DNA of 64,000 nucleotides from Anaerofustis stercorihominis (GCA_015058295.1 SVCP01000004.1:4040-68039); one strand, 5' to 3'. Positions 1 to 10,239 are shown, numbered from the stretch's first letter. Translations and numbers: made by a program. The notes: a model not told the origin generated them from the sequence alone.

Positions 1-1
1 T

Positions 2-598
2 ATGAGTGAACTTATCGGTCCGTGCGTAGCAATGGAATGTGTTCACCAGACAGGTATGCATATCTGGGAAGACCATTTCGTTCCGCAGATAATAGATCCT
101 GTAACAGGAGAACTTCTTGAAGAAGGTCAGACCGGGGAACTTGTGGTTACGGCTATGACGAAAGAATGTCTGCCGATGCTGCGTTACCGCACAAAAGACA
201 TCGCATCTATCACAACAGAAAAATGTTCATGCGGAAGAACCATGGCAAGGATCAAACGTCTCAGCGGAAGAACTGACGATATGATGATCATCAGAGGCGT
301 AAATGTATTCCCGTCACAGATTGAATCAATCATCTTCGAAGTACAGGGAGTTGAGCCGTATTATCAGCTTGTTCTCTCTACAGCAAACGGAATGACAGCT
401 CTCGAAGTGAAAGTGGAAGTATCTCCGGAGTATTTCAACGACGATATCAGAAGACTTACATCGCTTCGTGAAGAGATAGGAAACAGAATCAAGACTTTCA
501 TCGGTATCAGTGCAAAGATCACTCTCTGCGAACCGAAGAGTCTTCCGAGAAGTGAAGGAAAAGCTGTCAGGGTAATCGATCAGAGAACGATAAAATAG
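2..598 (+). CDS. phenylacetate-CoA ligase family protein (PaaK-like), C-terminal part; 5' end lies outside the window
   Basis: ORF is open to the window edge. The C-terminal region resembles PaaK-type adenylate-forming ligases as I recall them (RTDDMMIIRGVNVFPSQIE). Confidence 0.7.
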   Translation: MSELIGPCVAMECVHQTGMHIWEDHFVPQIIDPVTGELLEEGQTGELVVTAMTKECLPMLRYRTKDIASITTEKCSCGRTMARIKRLSGRTDDMMIIRGVNVFPSQIESIIFEVQGVEPYYQLVLSTANGMTALEVKVEVSPEYFNDDIRRLTSLREEIGNRIKTFIGISAKITLCEPKSLPRSEGKAVRVIDQRTIK

Positions 599-607
599 GT
601 GAATAAT

Positions 608-838
608 ATGAAAGAGTATGAACTCACCATACAGATAAAACAGCCCCACTGCGGCGGCAAATTCCCATACAAAAGAGAAATTCTCGAAATAGAAACAGAC
701 GATCCCGTAGCATATGTGAAAAACAGGGAACACTCAATAGCTGACGAATATTTCACTGTTTTTTATGAAGAAAATGAACTTACGGTGTATGTCAATTTCG
801 AGAGATACGATGCGAAGTATATTTTTACAGAAATATAA
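608..838 (+). CDS. hypothetical small protein (76 aa)
   Basis: ATG at 608 is preceded by AGGTGA. No recognisable motif. I checked whether this is a T-box leader for tyrS and found no T-box sequence. Confidence 0.4.
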   Translation: MKEYELTIQIKQPHCGGKFPYKREILEIETDDPVAYVKNREHSIADEYFTVFYEENELTVYVNFERYDAKYIFTEI

Positions 839-909
839 AATCAAATAAAATACATAGTTCCCGCAGTGCCTGTGAGGAACTCAGATGATATTGATCAGGA
901 GGAAAAACA

Positions 910-2133
910 ATGCAAATTTATGAAGAACTGGTAGCAAGGGGACTTATTGCCCAGGTTACCGATGAAGCAGAAATCAAAGAACTGGTAAATACGGGAAAAG
1001 CAACATTCTATATCGGCTTTGATCCGACAGCAGACTCACTTCATGTAGGACACTTTATGGCTCTTTGCCTTATGAAAAGACTTCAGATGGCAGGCAACCG
1101 CCCAGTAGTACTTCTCGGCGGCGGCACAGGCCACATCGGAGACCCGTCAGGCAGAACAGACATGAGAACAATGATGACAAAGGAAACAATCGACCATAAC
1201 TGCGAATGTTTCAAAAAACAGATGTCACGCTTTATTGATTTTGAAGGCGAAAACGCAGCTATCGCAGTAAACAATGCGGACTGGCTCCTCGCTCTCAATT
1301 ATGTTGAAGTTCTCAGAGAAGTAGGTGCTTGTTTCTCAGTAAACAATATGCTCAGAGCAGAATGTTACAAAAACAGAATGGAAAAAGGCCTTTCATTCCT
1401 TGAATTCAACTACATGATCATGCAGGCTTATGACTTTTACTATCTCTTCCAGAAATACGGCTGCAATATGCAGTTCGGCGGTGATGACCAGTGGAGCAAT
1501 ATGCTTGCAGGCACAGAACTTATCCGTAAAAAATTAGGCGAAGACGCTTATGCTATGACGATCACTCTTCTTATGAACTCAGAAGGCAAGAAGATGGGTA
1601 AAACAGCAAACGGCGCAGTATGGCTCGATCCGGAAAAGACATCTCCGTTTGAATTCTATCAGTACTGGAGAAACGTAGGCGATGATGACGTACTCAAATG
1701 CATCCGTATGCTTACATTCGTTCCCCTTGAAGAAGTTGAAAAGATGGAAAGCTGGGAAGGCGCTGAACTGAACAAAGCAAAAGAGATCCTCGCTTATGAA
1801 CTCACAACTCTCGTTCACGGAAAAGAAGAAGCCGACAAAGCAAAAGAAGCGGCTCTCGCACTTTTCGCAGGCGGGGAAGATGACAGCAATATGCCTACAA
1901 CACAGCTCGATGAAAGTGCTCTTACAGACGGCGCTATCGGTATCATGGATCTTCTCGTAGTAACAGGTCTTGCTGCTTCAAAGAGTGAAGCAAGAAGACT
2001 TATCACACAGGGCGGTATCGCCATTGACGGTGAAAAAGTAGATTCCATCGACCTTGCAGTAACAAAAGAAGCTATTGCAAACAGCATCAAAATCAAAAAA
2101 GGTAAAAAAGTATTCCACAAGGTAGTACTTTAA
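910..2133 (+). CDS. tyrS: tyrosine--tRNA ligase
   Basis: Class I aaRS motifs HVGH (HIGH) and KMGKT (KMSKS) plus a C-terminal S4-like segment. GGAGG RBS upstream. Confidence 0.95.
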   Translation: MQIYEELVARGLIAQVTDEAEIKELVNTGKATFYIGFDPTADSLHVGHFMALCLMKRLQMAGNRPVVLLGGGTGHIGDPSGRTDMRTMMTKETIDHNCECFKKQMSRFIDFEGENAAIAVNNADWLLALNYVEVLREVGACFSVNNMLRAECYKNRMEKGLSFLEFNYMIMQAYDFYYLFQKYGCNMQFGGDDQWSNMLAGTELIRKKLGEDAYAMTITLLMNSEGKKMGKTANGAVWLDPEKTSPFEFYQYWRNVGDDDVLKCIRMLTFVPLEEVEKMESWEGAELNKAKEILAYELTTLVHGKEEADKAKEAALALFAGGEDDSNMPTTQLDESALTDGAIGIMDLLVVTGLAASKSEARRLITQGGIAIDGEKVDSIDLAVTKEAIANSIKIKKGKKVFHKVVL

Positions 2134-2151
2134 TTGAGAAATATCAAAAAT

Positions 2152-2185
2152 AAAGGCTGTCCTATTATCGGGACAGCCTTTTCTT
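2152..2185 (+). terminator. rho-independent terminator after tyrS
   Basis: GGCTGTCC / GGACAGCC stem followed by TTTTCTT. Confidence 0.7.
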
Positions 2186-2265
2186 ATCTTTTCTTGTTTA
2201 TATTTTATAATTCCTCTCAGCCGGCTTATGCTGACAGCAGTCCATATTGGGGAGCACAACACCAA

Positions 2266-2556
2266 TCAGATCTCCACATAGAAGTGATGCATTATAAATG
2301 CCAGTGCAAGCATTATGTAACCGCAATATCTGCACAGAGTTTCAGAGATGCTGCTTACAGAAGGCATAAGATATATTCCTGAACCGATGAGTATTGCCGC
2401 GATTGAGGCAATCACCATAGTCTTCTGCTTTTTTTCTATGTTCCCCTGCTCAATGGGTTTACCGAATATTTTGCCGATGTATTCAACGGCGATCATTATC
2501 AGTTCTGATGCAGCATACAGCAGTGCAACCCATAGCAGAAGTACTTCCGTCTTCAT
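2266..2556 (-). CDS. small 3-TM membrane protein, paralog 1 of tandem family
   Basis: AAGGAGG RBS. Shares the EYIGK.FGKP motif and C-terminal FYVEI with the neighbouring ORFs. Confidence 0.65.
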   Translation of the reverse strand: MKTEVLLLWVALLYAASELIMIAVEYIGKIFGKPIEQGNIEKKQKTMVIASIAAILIGSGIYLMPSVSSISETLCRYCGYIMLALAFIMHHFYVEI

Positions 2557-2600
2557 AATATTGCCTCCTTGATGACAGGTAAAGTCAGTGTTTCAGCTAA

Positions 2601-2972
2601 TCAGTAAAGCTGTGCAGGCCCCATAAGGAACATATGGATGAAAATACATATCAGCACGGGAACGCACGCCGCCGCAAGCCATATGAGCCTGAGCGGAAAC
2701 GGAAGAAATACTCCGATAAACATCTGCGGGATATGTATGCAAAGACCGATAACCGCATACTTCAGCGCAGGCTTCTGGTATTTTCTCTGGTCAAGCTGTC
2801 CGGGAAGTGTATCAGTTTTTCCGATGCTGTCTTTATATCTGTCTATAAGCATAAACAGAATGTTGGAAAGGAAAAACAACAGCAGAAGTCCAAGCACTAT
2901 GAGATTTATTATCTTGATGTGTGTCTGTATAAAGCTGTATGCCTGCACAAGTTCCGATGTTATATTTTCCAT
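2601..2972 (-). CDS. hypothetical multi-pass membrane protein (123 aa), unrelated to the flanking paralogs
   Basis: Hydrophobic segments. Starts 5 nt after the stop of the upstream paralog, suggesting coupled translation. Confidence 0.5.
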   Translation of the reverse strand: MENITSELVQAYSFIQTHIKIINLIVLGLLLLFFLSNILFMLIDRYKDSIGKTDTLPGQLDQRKYQKPALKYAVIGLCIHIPQMFIGVFLPFPLRLIWLAAACVPVLICIFIHMFLMGPAQLY

Positions 2973-2976
2973 AATA

Positions 2977-3264
2977 TTATATCTCTACATAGAAGTGATG
3001 CATTATAAACGCCGCCGCAAATACCACATATCCGCTGTACTGACAGACGACCATGGGAATGTGACCCACAGACGGCATAACATACAAGCTCATGCCGATA
3101 AGCACTGCCGCAACAGATGCAACTGCCATGGTTTTTGCTTTTTTCTCTACATTACCCGGTTCAATGGGTTTTCCGAACATCTTTCCGATATATTCAACGG
3201 CAATCATAAAGAGATTTGCACCTGCGTATACCAGTGTTGCGTAAAATATATATTTCTCTGTCAT
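2977..3264 (-). CDS. small 3-TM membrane protein, paralog 2
   Basis: GGAGG RBS. EYIGKMFGKP motif and C-terminal AFIMHHFYVEI identical to paralog 1. Confidence 0.65.
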   Translation of the reverse strand: MTEKYIFYATLVYAGANLFMIAVEYIGKMFGKPIEPGNVEKKAKTMAVASVAAVLIGMSLYVMPSVGHIPMVVCQYSGYVVFAAAFIMHHFYVEI

Positions 3265-3329
3265 ATTACTACCTCCTCAAAAATATTTTTCTGTAAAATA
3301 TTATGTTCGATGAGTTGGAAAGCAGTGTT

Positions 3330-3620
3330 TCAGAATTCCATATAGAAGAAATTCATAATGAACGATGCCACAAATACAGCATATCCCGTACAACGGCATA
3401 TCACCGAAAGTAAGTGCAACTGTGACGGAATCACATATACGCCTGCACCGACGAGTACCGTAGCGCAAAGGGCAACAGTTGCCGTATTGTGATGTTTTTT
3501 TACTTTGTAATGCTCAACAGGCTTTCCGAAATATTTCCAGAGATACTCAACTCCGATCATTACGATGTTTGCAAATGCAAATATCGAGGAAAATAACATA
3601 ATGGCATAATCGATTTCCAT
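3330..3620 (-). CDS. small 3-TM membrane protein, paralog 3
   Basis: GGAGG RBS. VEYLWKYFGKP motif and C-terminal FFYMEF. Confidence 0.6.
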   Translation of the reverse strand: MEIDYAIMLFSSIFAFANIVMIGVEYLWKYFGKPVEHYKVKKHHNTATVALCATVLVGAGVYVIPSQLHLLSVICRCTGYAVFVASFIMNFFYMEF

Positions 3621-3658
3621 TGTAATACCTCCTGCGTGCAGAATCAGAGCCGTATTGT

Positions 3659-3925
3659 TTATTTTGCTTTATGCCACTGTGCGAGGACAGCCATTACGAA
3701 GAATATGTATCCAACATACGGCAAAAATGCCGGAGCGGAAATATTCCGCATACAGAATATAAGTACTGCAGCTGAAACTGTCGCACAGATCAGGGCAATA
3801 AGTCTTTTACGTACGTTTTCGGCTCTGAATTCTTTATTGTAATGTTTTCCTATGTATTCTGCGGATATCATTATCACATTCGCAATAACAAATCCCACAG
3901 ACATAAGCATGATCCATTTGTTCAT
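3659..3925 (-). CDS. small 3-TM membrane protein, paralog 4 (divergent, lacks the FYVE tail)
   Basis: AGAGG RBS. AEYIGKHY motif and the same length and topology pattern. Confidence 0.55.
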   Translation of the reverse strand: MNKWIMLMSVGFVIANVIMISAEYIGKHYNKEFRAENVRKRLIALICATVSAAVLIFCMRNISAPAFLPYVGYIFFVMAVLAQWHKAK

Positions 3926-3960
3926 TATTGTACCTCTTTGAGTAATGTGTAGCAGTTATT

Positions 3961-4254
3961 CTATAGCTCCACATAAAACGTCATCAGAAAAGCAACTGCA
4001 ATACTGAGAGCAAACCCTGCATAAAGCAGGATGCTTGCGATGACGCTTCCGAAACGAACTTTCATGCAGTTGCTGAGGGTAATAAGCGACAGTGATCCGG
4101 AAGCGACGAGTACTGTAACTGTACACTTTTTTACTCTGGCTATATCTTTTTCTTTTCCGAATTTCTGCATTCCGTATTCGGTGATGATTCCAAGCAGGTT
4201 TGCAAGGATTACCACACTCAGAAATATCATAACAGAAACAATATAAACTTCCAT
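3961..4254 (-). CDS. small 3-TM membrane protein, paralog 5
   Basis: I chose the start at MEVYIV (GAAAGGAAAG RBS) rather than the longer ORF. ITEYGMQKFGKE motif and C-terminal FYVEL. Confidence 0.6.
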   Translation of the reverse strand: MEVYIVSVMIFLSVVILANLLGIITEYGMQKFGKEKDIARVKKCTVTVLVASGSLSLITLSNCMKVRFGSVIASILLYAGFALSIAVAFLMTFYVEL

Positions 4255-4270
4255 AAAATACTTTCCTTTC

Positions 4271-4432
4271 TTATGCGTTAAAAATCCTGATCGCCGTATG
4301 TACGAACAGCAGAACAAGACCTGTAAGTCTGAGAACATCCTCTGCGGGCGGATCGAAAAACAGACTTGCGATCAGAAGTGCCGCTGAAGATATCGCAATT
4401 ATATTTTTTAATATCCTTCGCTGAGTTTTCAT
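4271..4432 (-). CDS. hypothetical 53-aa membrane peptide (below the ORF-track cutoff)
   Basis: Hand translation gives MKTQRRILKNIIAISSAALLIASLFFDPPAEDVLRLTGLVLLFVHTAIRIFNA. GGAGAAAGGGA RBS. Two hydrophobic segments. Confidence 0.4.
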   Translation of the reverse strand: MKTQRRILKNIIAISSAALLIASLFFDPPAEDVLRLTGLVLLFVHTAIRIFNA

Positions 4433-4584
4433 AGTAATCCCTTTCTCCGATTACATATTATCATATGTTTGAAGATATTGGTACTGATTTAATGAAAATT
4501 TAATGTTTGGGAATCACCATGAACAAAAGCAACCTGCCCGGCAATATGCAGGACAGGCTGAAATGAAGAAAAACAGAGTATGCA

Positions 4585-6639
4585 TTATGATTCTTTGTAT
4601 CCGCAGCCTTCGCTTGTGCAGAACAGTTTTTTGCTCTTTCCGTTGGGAAGAAACAGCATATTTCCGCACTGCGGACAAAGTTTGTCTGTGGGGCGGTACC
4701 ATGATACGAAGTTGCATTCGGGGTAACCTTTACAACCGTAGAATACCTTGCCCTTTTTACTTTTTCTGACCAGAATGTCATTTCCGCATTCGGGACACTG
4801 CACTCCGGTCTTTTCTTCGATTGATTTTGTATTTTTACATTCCGGATAGCCCGGGCAGGCGAGGAATTTTGTGCCGAAGCGGCTTGTCTTTATGACCATT
4901 TTTCTGCCGCATTTTTCGCAGACCTCGTCTGTTTCCTCATCGGGGATCTTTATTCTTTCAATGTTGTCAGCTTCCTTGAGATATTTGTTCAGATCTTCGT
5001 GGAAATCATAAATTACTTCCTTCCATTTTACATCTCCGTCTGCAATATCATCAAGCTTTTCTTCCATCTGTGCCGTAAACTTCAGATCAACGATATCAGT
5101 GAAATTTTCTACCATAAGCTTTGTTACCGCTTCGCCAAGATCTGTCGGTTTGAATTTTTTATCTTCAAGCTCTACATAATCTCTCTGCTGTATGGTGCTG
5201 ATAGTCGATGCGTAGGTACTCGGGCGTCCGATTCCCTGCTCTTCGAGAGCTTTTACGAGAGAAGCTTCGTTGTAGCGTGGTGGAGGCTGTGTGAATTTCT
5301 GCTGGTCCTCAAGTTTTACCCTGTCAAGCTTTTCCCCTTCGTCAAGCTTCGGAATATTGAGCTTTGAATCTTCCTCATCGTCAAAGTTATATACTTTGAG
5401 GTATCCGGGGAAGGTAAGGGACTGACCTGTTGCATGGAAAGTATAATCTCCTGCGGAAATATCAACGCTCATGGTATCGTATTTTGCATCACTCATGAGA
5501 GATGCAACAAAACGGTTATGAATAAGTGTATACAGCCTGAGCTGTTCTTTTGTCAGATCGTTCTGAAGCATCTGAGGTGTCAGGAACACATCTGTCGGGC
5601 GGATGGCTTCGTGAGCGTCCTGAACATTGCCTTTTGCTTTTGACGACTTTACTCCACCGATATATTCCTTTCCGAAATTCTGTGCGATATATGCAATGCC
5701 TGCGTTTTTCGCCACATCGGAAATTCTTACGGAGTCTGTTCTGATATATGTTACAAGACCCGTGTGTCCTTTGCCTTTGATGTTTACACCTTCATAAAGC
5801 TGCTGAGCTATGGACATTGTCCTCTTTGATGTGAAGCCGAGCTTTCTGTTGGCATCCTGCTGAAGTGTACTCGTTGTGAATGCAGGAGCGGATTTTTTGC
5901 GCTTTGTGCCGTTTTTTACACCTGCGACGATAAAATCAAGGGTATTAAGTTCATCCAGTATCGCACGGGCATCTTCCGTTGTGGAAATTTCGATCTTCTT
6001 TCCGTTCATTTTTGTGAGCTGGGAAGTGAATGTTTCCTTTGTGGAAGGCTTACGGAGGGTTGCGAATATAAGATGATATTCTTCCGCAATGAAATTTCTT
6101 ATCTCGTTTTCTCTGTCAACAATTATTCTGGTTGCAACAGACTGTACCCTTCCGGCGCTGAGACCTTTGCGGAGCTTTCTCCAGAGAATAGGGCTTATCT
6201 GGTAACCTACAAGGCGGTCAACGACCCTTCTTGCCTGCTGTGCGTCCACGAGATTCATATCTACAGTGCGCTTGTTGTTCATAGCATTCTGCACAGCATC
6301 TTTTGTTATTTCGTGGAATTCGATACGGTTCTTTTCATTAAGATCCATTCCAAGATAATTAGCAAGATGATACGAAATTGCCTCTCCTTCACGGTCAGGG
6401 TCAGTTGCAAGGATTACTTCTTCGGCTTTTGCAGCCTGGGATTTGATCTGCTTGACCGTAGGCCCTTTGCCTCTGATTATCTGATATTGCGGTTCAAAAT
6501 CATTTTCTATATCAACACCGAGTTTGCTTTTGGGCAGATCGATAATATGCCCCATAGTCGCTTCGACTTTGCAGTCATCGGGTAAATATCTTTCTATTGT
6601 CTTTGCTTTTGCAGGGGATTCGACTATAACTAATCTCAA
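4585..6639 (-). CDS. topA: DNA topoisomerase I (type IA) with C-terminal zinc ribbons
   Basis: N-terminal Toprim segment VIVESPAKAKTI, a full-length type IA pattern and C-terminal CxxC repeats. TTG start after GGAGG. Confidence 0.95.
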   Translation of the reverse strand: MRLVIVESPAKAKTIERYLPDDCKVEATMGHIIDLPKSKLGVDIENDFEPQYQIIRGKGPTVKQIKSQAAKAEEVILATDPDREGEAISYHLANYLGMDLNEKNRIEFHEITKDAVQNAMNNKRTVDMNLVDAQQARRVVDRLVGYQISPILWRKLRKGLSAGRVQSVATRIIVDRENEIRNFIAEEYHLIFATLRKPSTKETFTSQLTKMNGKKIEISTTEDARAILDELNTLDFIVAGVKNGTKRKKSAPAFTTSTLQQDANRKLGFTSKRTMSIAQQLYEGVNIKGKGHTGLVTYIRTDSVRISDVAKNAGIAYIAQNFGKEYIGGVKSSKAKGNVQDAHEAIRPTDVFLTPQMLQNDLTKEQLRLYTLIHNRFVASLMSDAKYDTMSVDISAGDYTFHATGQSLTFPGYLKVYNFDDEEDSKLNIPKLDEGEKLDRVKLEDQQKFTQPPPRYNEASLVKALEEQGIGRPSTYASTISTIQQRDYVELEDKKFKPTDLGEAVTKLMVENFTDIVDLKFTAQMEEKLDDIADGDVKWKEVIYDFHEDLNKYLKEADNIERIKIPDEETDEVCEKCGRKMVIKTSRFGTKFLACPGYPECKNTKSIEEKTGVQCPECGNDILVRKSKKGKVFYGCKGYPECNFVSWYRPTDKLCPQCGNMLFLPNGKSKKLFCTSEGCGYKES

Positions 6640-6671
6640 TTAATATCCTCCTGCCGACGGATTTATATTAT

Positions 6672-7766
6672 TCAGAGAATATACAGTGTTCCCATGTCAC
6701 TTGCGATTATTCCTTCAATTTCAAGTGTGGAAACTATTCCCATTACAGTCCCGATCGGCATATTCAAACACTTTGAAACAGCGTTTACAGTATTGTTACC
6801 TGATGAAATTGCATTATATACTGCCGATTGGTCTTTGTCAAGCTCTGGAAGTTCATTTTTTTTCTGCTCAGACGGATACATTCCCCTGAGAAGCTCGTAC
6901 ATATCTTCTATTACGTCTTTCCCGGAGGTCACGAGTCGTGCACCTTGTCTTATGAGAGAGTTTGTTCCTTCGGACTGAGGGGAGTTGATGTTCCCCGGAA
7001 CCGCATATACATCTCTTCCCTGTTCAAGGGCATAATTTGCTGTAATGAGAGAGCCGCTTGAACGTGCCGCTTCCACAACGATCACTCCGTCGCATATTCC
7101 GCTGATGATACGGTTTCTCTGCGGAAAGTTTGTGGAGATGGATGATGTCCCGGGAGAGAATTCCGTGAGGATCATTCCCCCGCTGTGCTCTATCTTCAGG
7201 TACAGCTCTTTATTGCTTGCAGGATATACTACATCTATTCCGCATCCGAGGACGGCTCCCGTTATACCTCCGCTGTTTATGCATGCACTGTGCGCCGCCG
7301 CATCTATCCCTGCAGCAAGTCCGCTTATTATATTTATTCCGCATTGGCTCAGTTCTTTTGAAAGTTCTGCCGCCGCTTTCAGGCCGTAGGGCGTTGCTTT
7401 GCGTGAGCCGACGATTGCGATGGAAGGGGTGTCTGAAGTGAAGATATTTGTTCCTTTATAATACAGTATCGGTGGCGCACCGTATATTTCCTTCAGTTTG
7501 CGGGGGTATTTCTCAGACTGATATGTAATGAGACCGATATGTTTTTTATCAACGAATTCAAGTATTCTGCCGGCCTCAGTCAGGTCTTTGTTCTGAATAA
7601 GGTTTATTGCCGTATCCATACCTATACCATCAATTTTCATATATTCGGAAATATCTCTGTTCTCGTACACATTCTGTGCTGTTCCGAAATGCTCGATAAG
7701 GCTTGCCATTCTTGCGGAGCCGATGTTTTTTTGTCCGTTTAACCAGATCAGGTATAAAATGTCCAT
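6672..7766 (-). CDS. dprA: DNA processing protein DprA (Smf)
   Basis: Rossmann-like DprA core (AIVGSRKATPYG ... GIDAAAH) and the conserved dprA-topA gene order. Confidence 0.9.
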   Translation of the reverse strand: MDILYLIWLNGQKNIGSARMASLIEHFGTAQNVYENRDISEYMKIDGIGMDTAINLIQNKDLTEAGRILEFVDKKHIGLITYQSEKYPRKLKEIYGAPPILYYKGTNIFTSDTPSIAIVGSRKATPYGLKAAAELSKELSQCGINIISGLAAGIDAAAHSACINSGGITGAVLGCGIDVVYPASNKELYLKIEHSGGMILTEFSPGTSSISTNFPQRNRIISGICDGVIVVEAARSSGSLITANYALEQGRDVYAVPGNINSPQSEGTNSLIRQGARLVTSGKDVIEDMYELLRGMYPSEQKKNELPELDKDQSAVYNAISSGNNTVNAVSKCLNMPIGTVMGIVSTLEIEGIIASDMGTLYIL

Positions 7767-7910
7767 TCCATTATCCTTTCTACACTATATATTTGCTAAT
7801 AGTTCAGAAAGTCCTTTTTTATTTTTACACTTTTTTAATTTTTTTTTTCGACAAACAAAGAAGGATTTTCGACATATTCCGCAAATATATATATTGAAAG
7901 GTAATAACAG

Positions 7911-9464
7911 GTGAAAAAAATGCTGTGCAAAACATATTCTTCGGCCCTATTCGGCATTGACTCCACAATAGTAACAATAGAAACAGATGTGCGTGACGGA
8001 AGTGTGCCTACATTTTATATGGTAGGGCTTGCGGATACTGCCGTGAAAGAATCCCGTGAGAGGATAGGCTCCGCATACCAGAACAACGGATTCCGTTTTC
8101 CGAAAGGGCGAGTTGTCATAAACCTGGCTCCTGCAGATATGAAAAAGGAAGGAGCGGCTTTTGATCTTGGGATCGCCGTTGCAATACTCGCCGCATCCAT
8201 GCAGATATATATTAAGGAAGATCTTGATGAGTATCTTATTTTAGGTGAATTGTCCCTTGACGGAAAGTTAAAAGGTGTGAGAGGGGTTCTTCCTATGGTC
8301 AGTTCCGCAGTGAAGATGGGATATACAAAGATTCTCCTTCCGAAAGAAAACGCAAAGGAAGCGGCACTTGTCGATGGATGTGAGGTTTATGGTGCCCGGG
8401 ATATAAACGAAGCTGTCAATCATCTTTGCGGAAAGAAAATGATAACTGCGCAGGAAGACGACAGCAAAGTATTTTCACGGAACTATTCGAAATACGATGT
8501 GGATATGTCGGACGTAAAAGGGCAGGAAAACGTAAAAAGAGCCATGGAAATAGCAGCTGCGGGTTCGCACAATATGCTTATGATCGGACCTCCCGGAAGC
8601 GGAAAGAGTATGCTGGCAAAGCGTTTTCCTACTATTCTGCCGCCTATGAGCAAAAGTGAAAGTCTTGAAGTTACAAAAATATATTCTGTCTGCGGAATGC
8701 TTAAAGAGGATACTCCGCTCATCAGTACAAGGCCGTTCCGTTCTCCTCACCACAGTATATCCTCTGCGGCGCTCGTCGGCGGAGGTCGGATTCCGAGGCC
8801 GGGGGAAGCATCGCTGTCACATTGCGGGGTTTTATTTCTTGATGAGTTTGCGGAATTCTCAAAGAGTGCCATCGAGGTGCTTCGTCAGCCTATTGAAGAC
8901 AAGGAAGTAAGCATTTCAAGGGTACAGGCGATGATAACTTATCCTTCGTCTTTTATGCTTCTTGCGAGCATGAATCCATGTCCTTGCGGATATTATAACG
9001 ATCCTAACAATCAGTGCAAATGTTCGCAGAGTGCCGTTGACAGGTATATGCAGAAACTTTCGGGGCCTATTCTTGACAGGATAGATATTTTTACCCATGT
9101 GACTGTGGAAAGTTACGACAAGCTCACAAACAAAGACGACGAAAAGCCCGAAAGCAGCGAAAGTATGCGTGAAAGAATAAATGTGGCAAGAGACCGTCAG
9201 CTTCACCGTTTCAGAAACACAGGGCAGCATTTCAATTCTCAGCTTACGGTGACACAGATAGATGATGTATGTGCATTGGGTGAAAGGGAAGAAAAGCTTA
9301 TGAGAAATGCATTCAAAAGGTTCAATATGTCTGCAAGAAGTTATCATCGTGTCCTGAAGCTTGCAAGAACGATTGCGGATCTTGATGACAGTGATAATTT
9401 AAGTATTACACATCTTTCGGAAGCTCTGCAGTACAGAAGTTTTGAGCAACGTTTCAAATTATGA
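7911..9464 (+). CDS. comM: YifB/ComM family Mg-chelatase-like ATPase
   Basis: Lon-like N-terminal domain, Walker A GPPGSGKS, Walker B VLFLDE. The start (GTG 7911 or ATG 7920) is uncertain. Confidence 0.9.
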   Translation: MKKMLCKTYSSALFGIDSTIVTIETDVRDGSVPTFYMVGLADTAVKESRERIGSAYQNNGFRFPKGRVVINLAPADMKKEGAAFDLGIAVAILAASMQIYIKEDLDEYLILGELSLDGKLKGVRGVLPMVSSAVKMGYTKILLPKENAKEAALVDGCEVYGARDINEAVNHLCGKKMITAQEDDSKVFSRNYSKYDVDMSDVKGQENVKRAMEIAAAGSHNMLMIGPPGSGKSMLAKRFPTILPPMSKSESLEVTKIYSVCGMLKEDTPLISTRPFRSPHHSISSAALVGGGRIPRPGEASLSHCGVLFLDEFAEFSKSAIEVLRQPIEDKEVSISRVQAMITYPSSFMLLASMNPCPCGYYNDPNNQCKCSQSAVDRYMQKLSGPILDRIDIFTHVTVESYDKLTNKDDEKPESSESMRERINVARDRQLHRFRNTGQHFNSQLTVTQIDDVCALGEREEKLMRNAFKRFNMSARSYHRVLKLARTIADLDDSDNLSITHLSEALQYRSFEQRFKL

Positions 9465-9500
9465 GCATATGAAATGAGATGTCTGATGAGGCGAAATTGC

Positions 9501-9529
9501 TTTACATAACACACAAAATATGTTACAAT
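9501..9529 (+). promoter_or_regulatory. candidate sigma-A promoter for the 3D-domain gene
   Basis: TTTACA, 17-nt spacer, TACAAT. Confidence 0.45.
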
Positions 9530-9555
9530 AGCGTTACATTATCAAGAGGAAGCAA

Positions 9556-10197
9556 ATGAAAAAGATCATAAAGTTTTTGGTATGCTTTGTATTTGCTGTA
9601 ATGGTGGCTGTTGTACCTATGAATGCAGGAAGTGGCAGGGAACTTGCAACTTCCGCAAGACAGCTTATACTTCTGTGTACGGAAAGCATCACTCATGAAA
9701 ATCAGATAGAGGCACTGTCCATAAATACATCAAAGGCTCCATTAAAGAGCCTTCAGGCCACAGCAGACGCATCAATAAAGTATGCATCGCTGAAAGCCGT
9801 AAATCCTGTATCGGCACCGACGAATCTTGACGACTTTACGGTGGCGACCAATGGTACCATTTCCACATCAGGCGGGACATTAAGTTATTCAAGAAAAGTA
9901 AAGGTTGAGGCAACAGCATATTGCTCGTGTTCAATATGTTGCGGCCCGTATGACGGGACAAGCACAGCAGATGGTTCCCGTCCGAAGCCGTATTATACTG
10001 TTGCTGCATCCAAGCTTATGCCTTTCGGGACTATGTTGTACATACCATACTTTGATTCATCACCTAATAATGGTGTGTTCGAAGTAGAGGACAGAGGCGG
10101 CGCAATACAGAACAACAGAATAGATGTATATTTCGCAACGCATCAGGAAGCTCTCAGATTTGGAAGAAGATCTTTCTATGTGTACATATTGAAATAA
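9556..10197 (+). CDS. secreted 3D-domain protein (MltA/RlpA-like barrel, cell-wall associated)
   Basis: Signal peptide. The C-terminal region has the conserved Asp pattern typical of the 3D domain (TADG ... EDRGGAI ... IDVYF). Confidence 0.75.
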   Translation: MKKIIKFLVCFVFAVMVAVVPMNAGSGRELATSARQLILLCTESITHENQIEALSINTSKAPLKSLQATADASIKYASLKAVNPVSAPTNLDDFTVATNGTISTSGGTLSYSRKVKVEATAYCSCSICCGPYDGTSTADGSRPKPYYTVAASKLMPFGTMLYIPYFDSSPNNGVFEVEDRGGAIQNNRIDVYFATHQEALRFGRRSFYVYILK

Positions 10198-10206
10198 CAT
10201 GTGAAT

Positions 10207-10239
10207 AAACCCATCGGTATTCCGATGGGTTTTGTTTTG
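10207..10239. terminator. bidirectional rho-independent terminator
   Basis: ACCCATCGG / CCGATGGGT stem with a T-run after it and an A-run before it. Lies between convergent genes. Confidence 0.75.

Noticed and set aside
599-909. Possible T-box leader upstream of tyrS
   Set aside because: I read both strands and found no GGGTGGTACCGCG-like T-box sequence or terminator/antiterminator pair. Only a small hairpin (AGTTCC...GGAACT) and a plausible 76-aa ORF are present.
2638-3345. 235-aa plus-strand ORF, and other plus-strand ORFs, across the small-membrane-protein array
   Set aside because: They are antisense to minus-strand genes that are supported by paralogy and strong RBSs. Their translations are compositionally odd and have no RBS.
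4535-4575. Terminator after topA
   Set aside because: The candidate stem (CCTGCCC/GGACAGG) has an internal mismatch and only a weak U-tract. It is too marginal to list as a feature, so read-through into the small-membrane-protein array remains possible.
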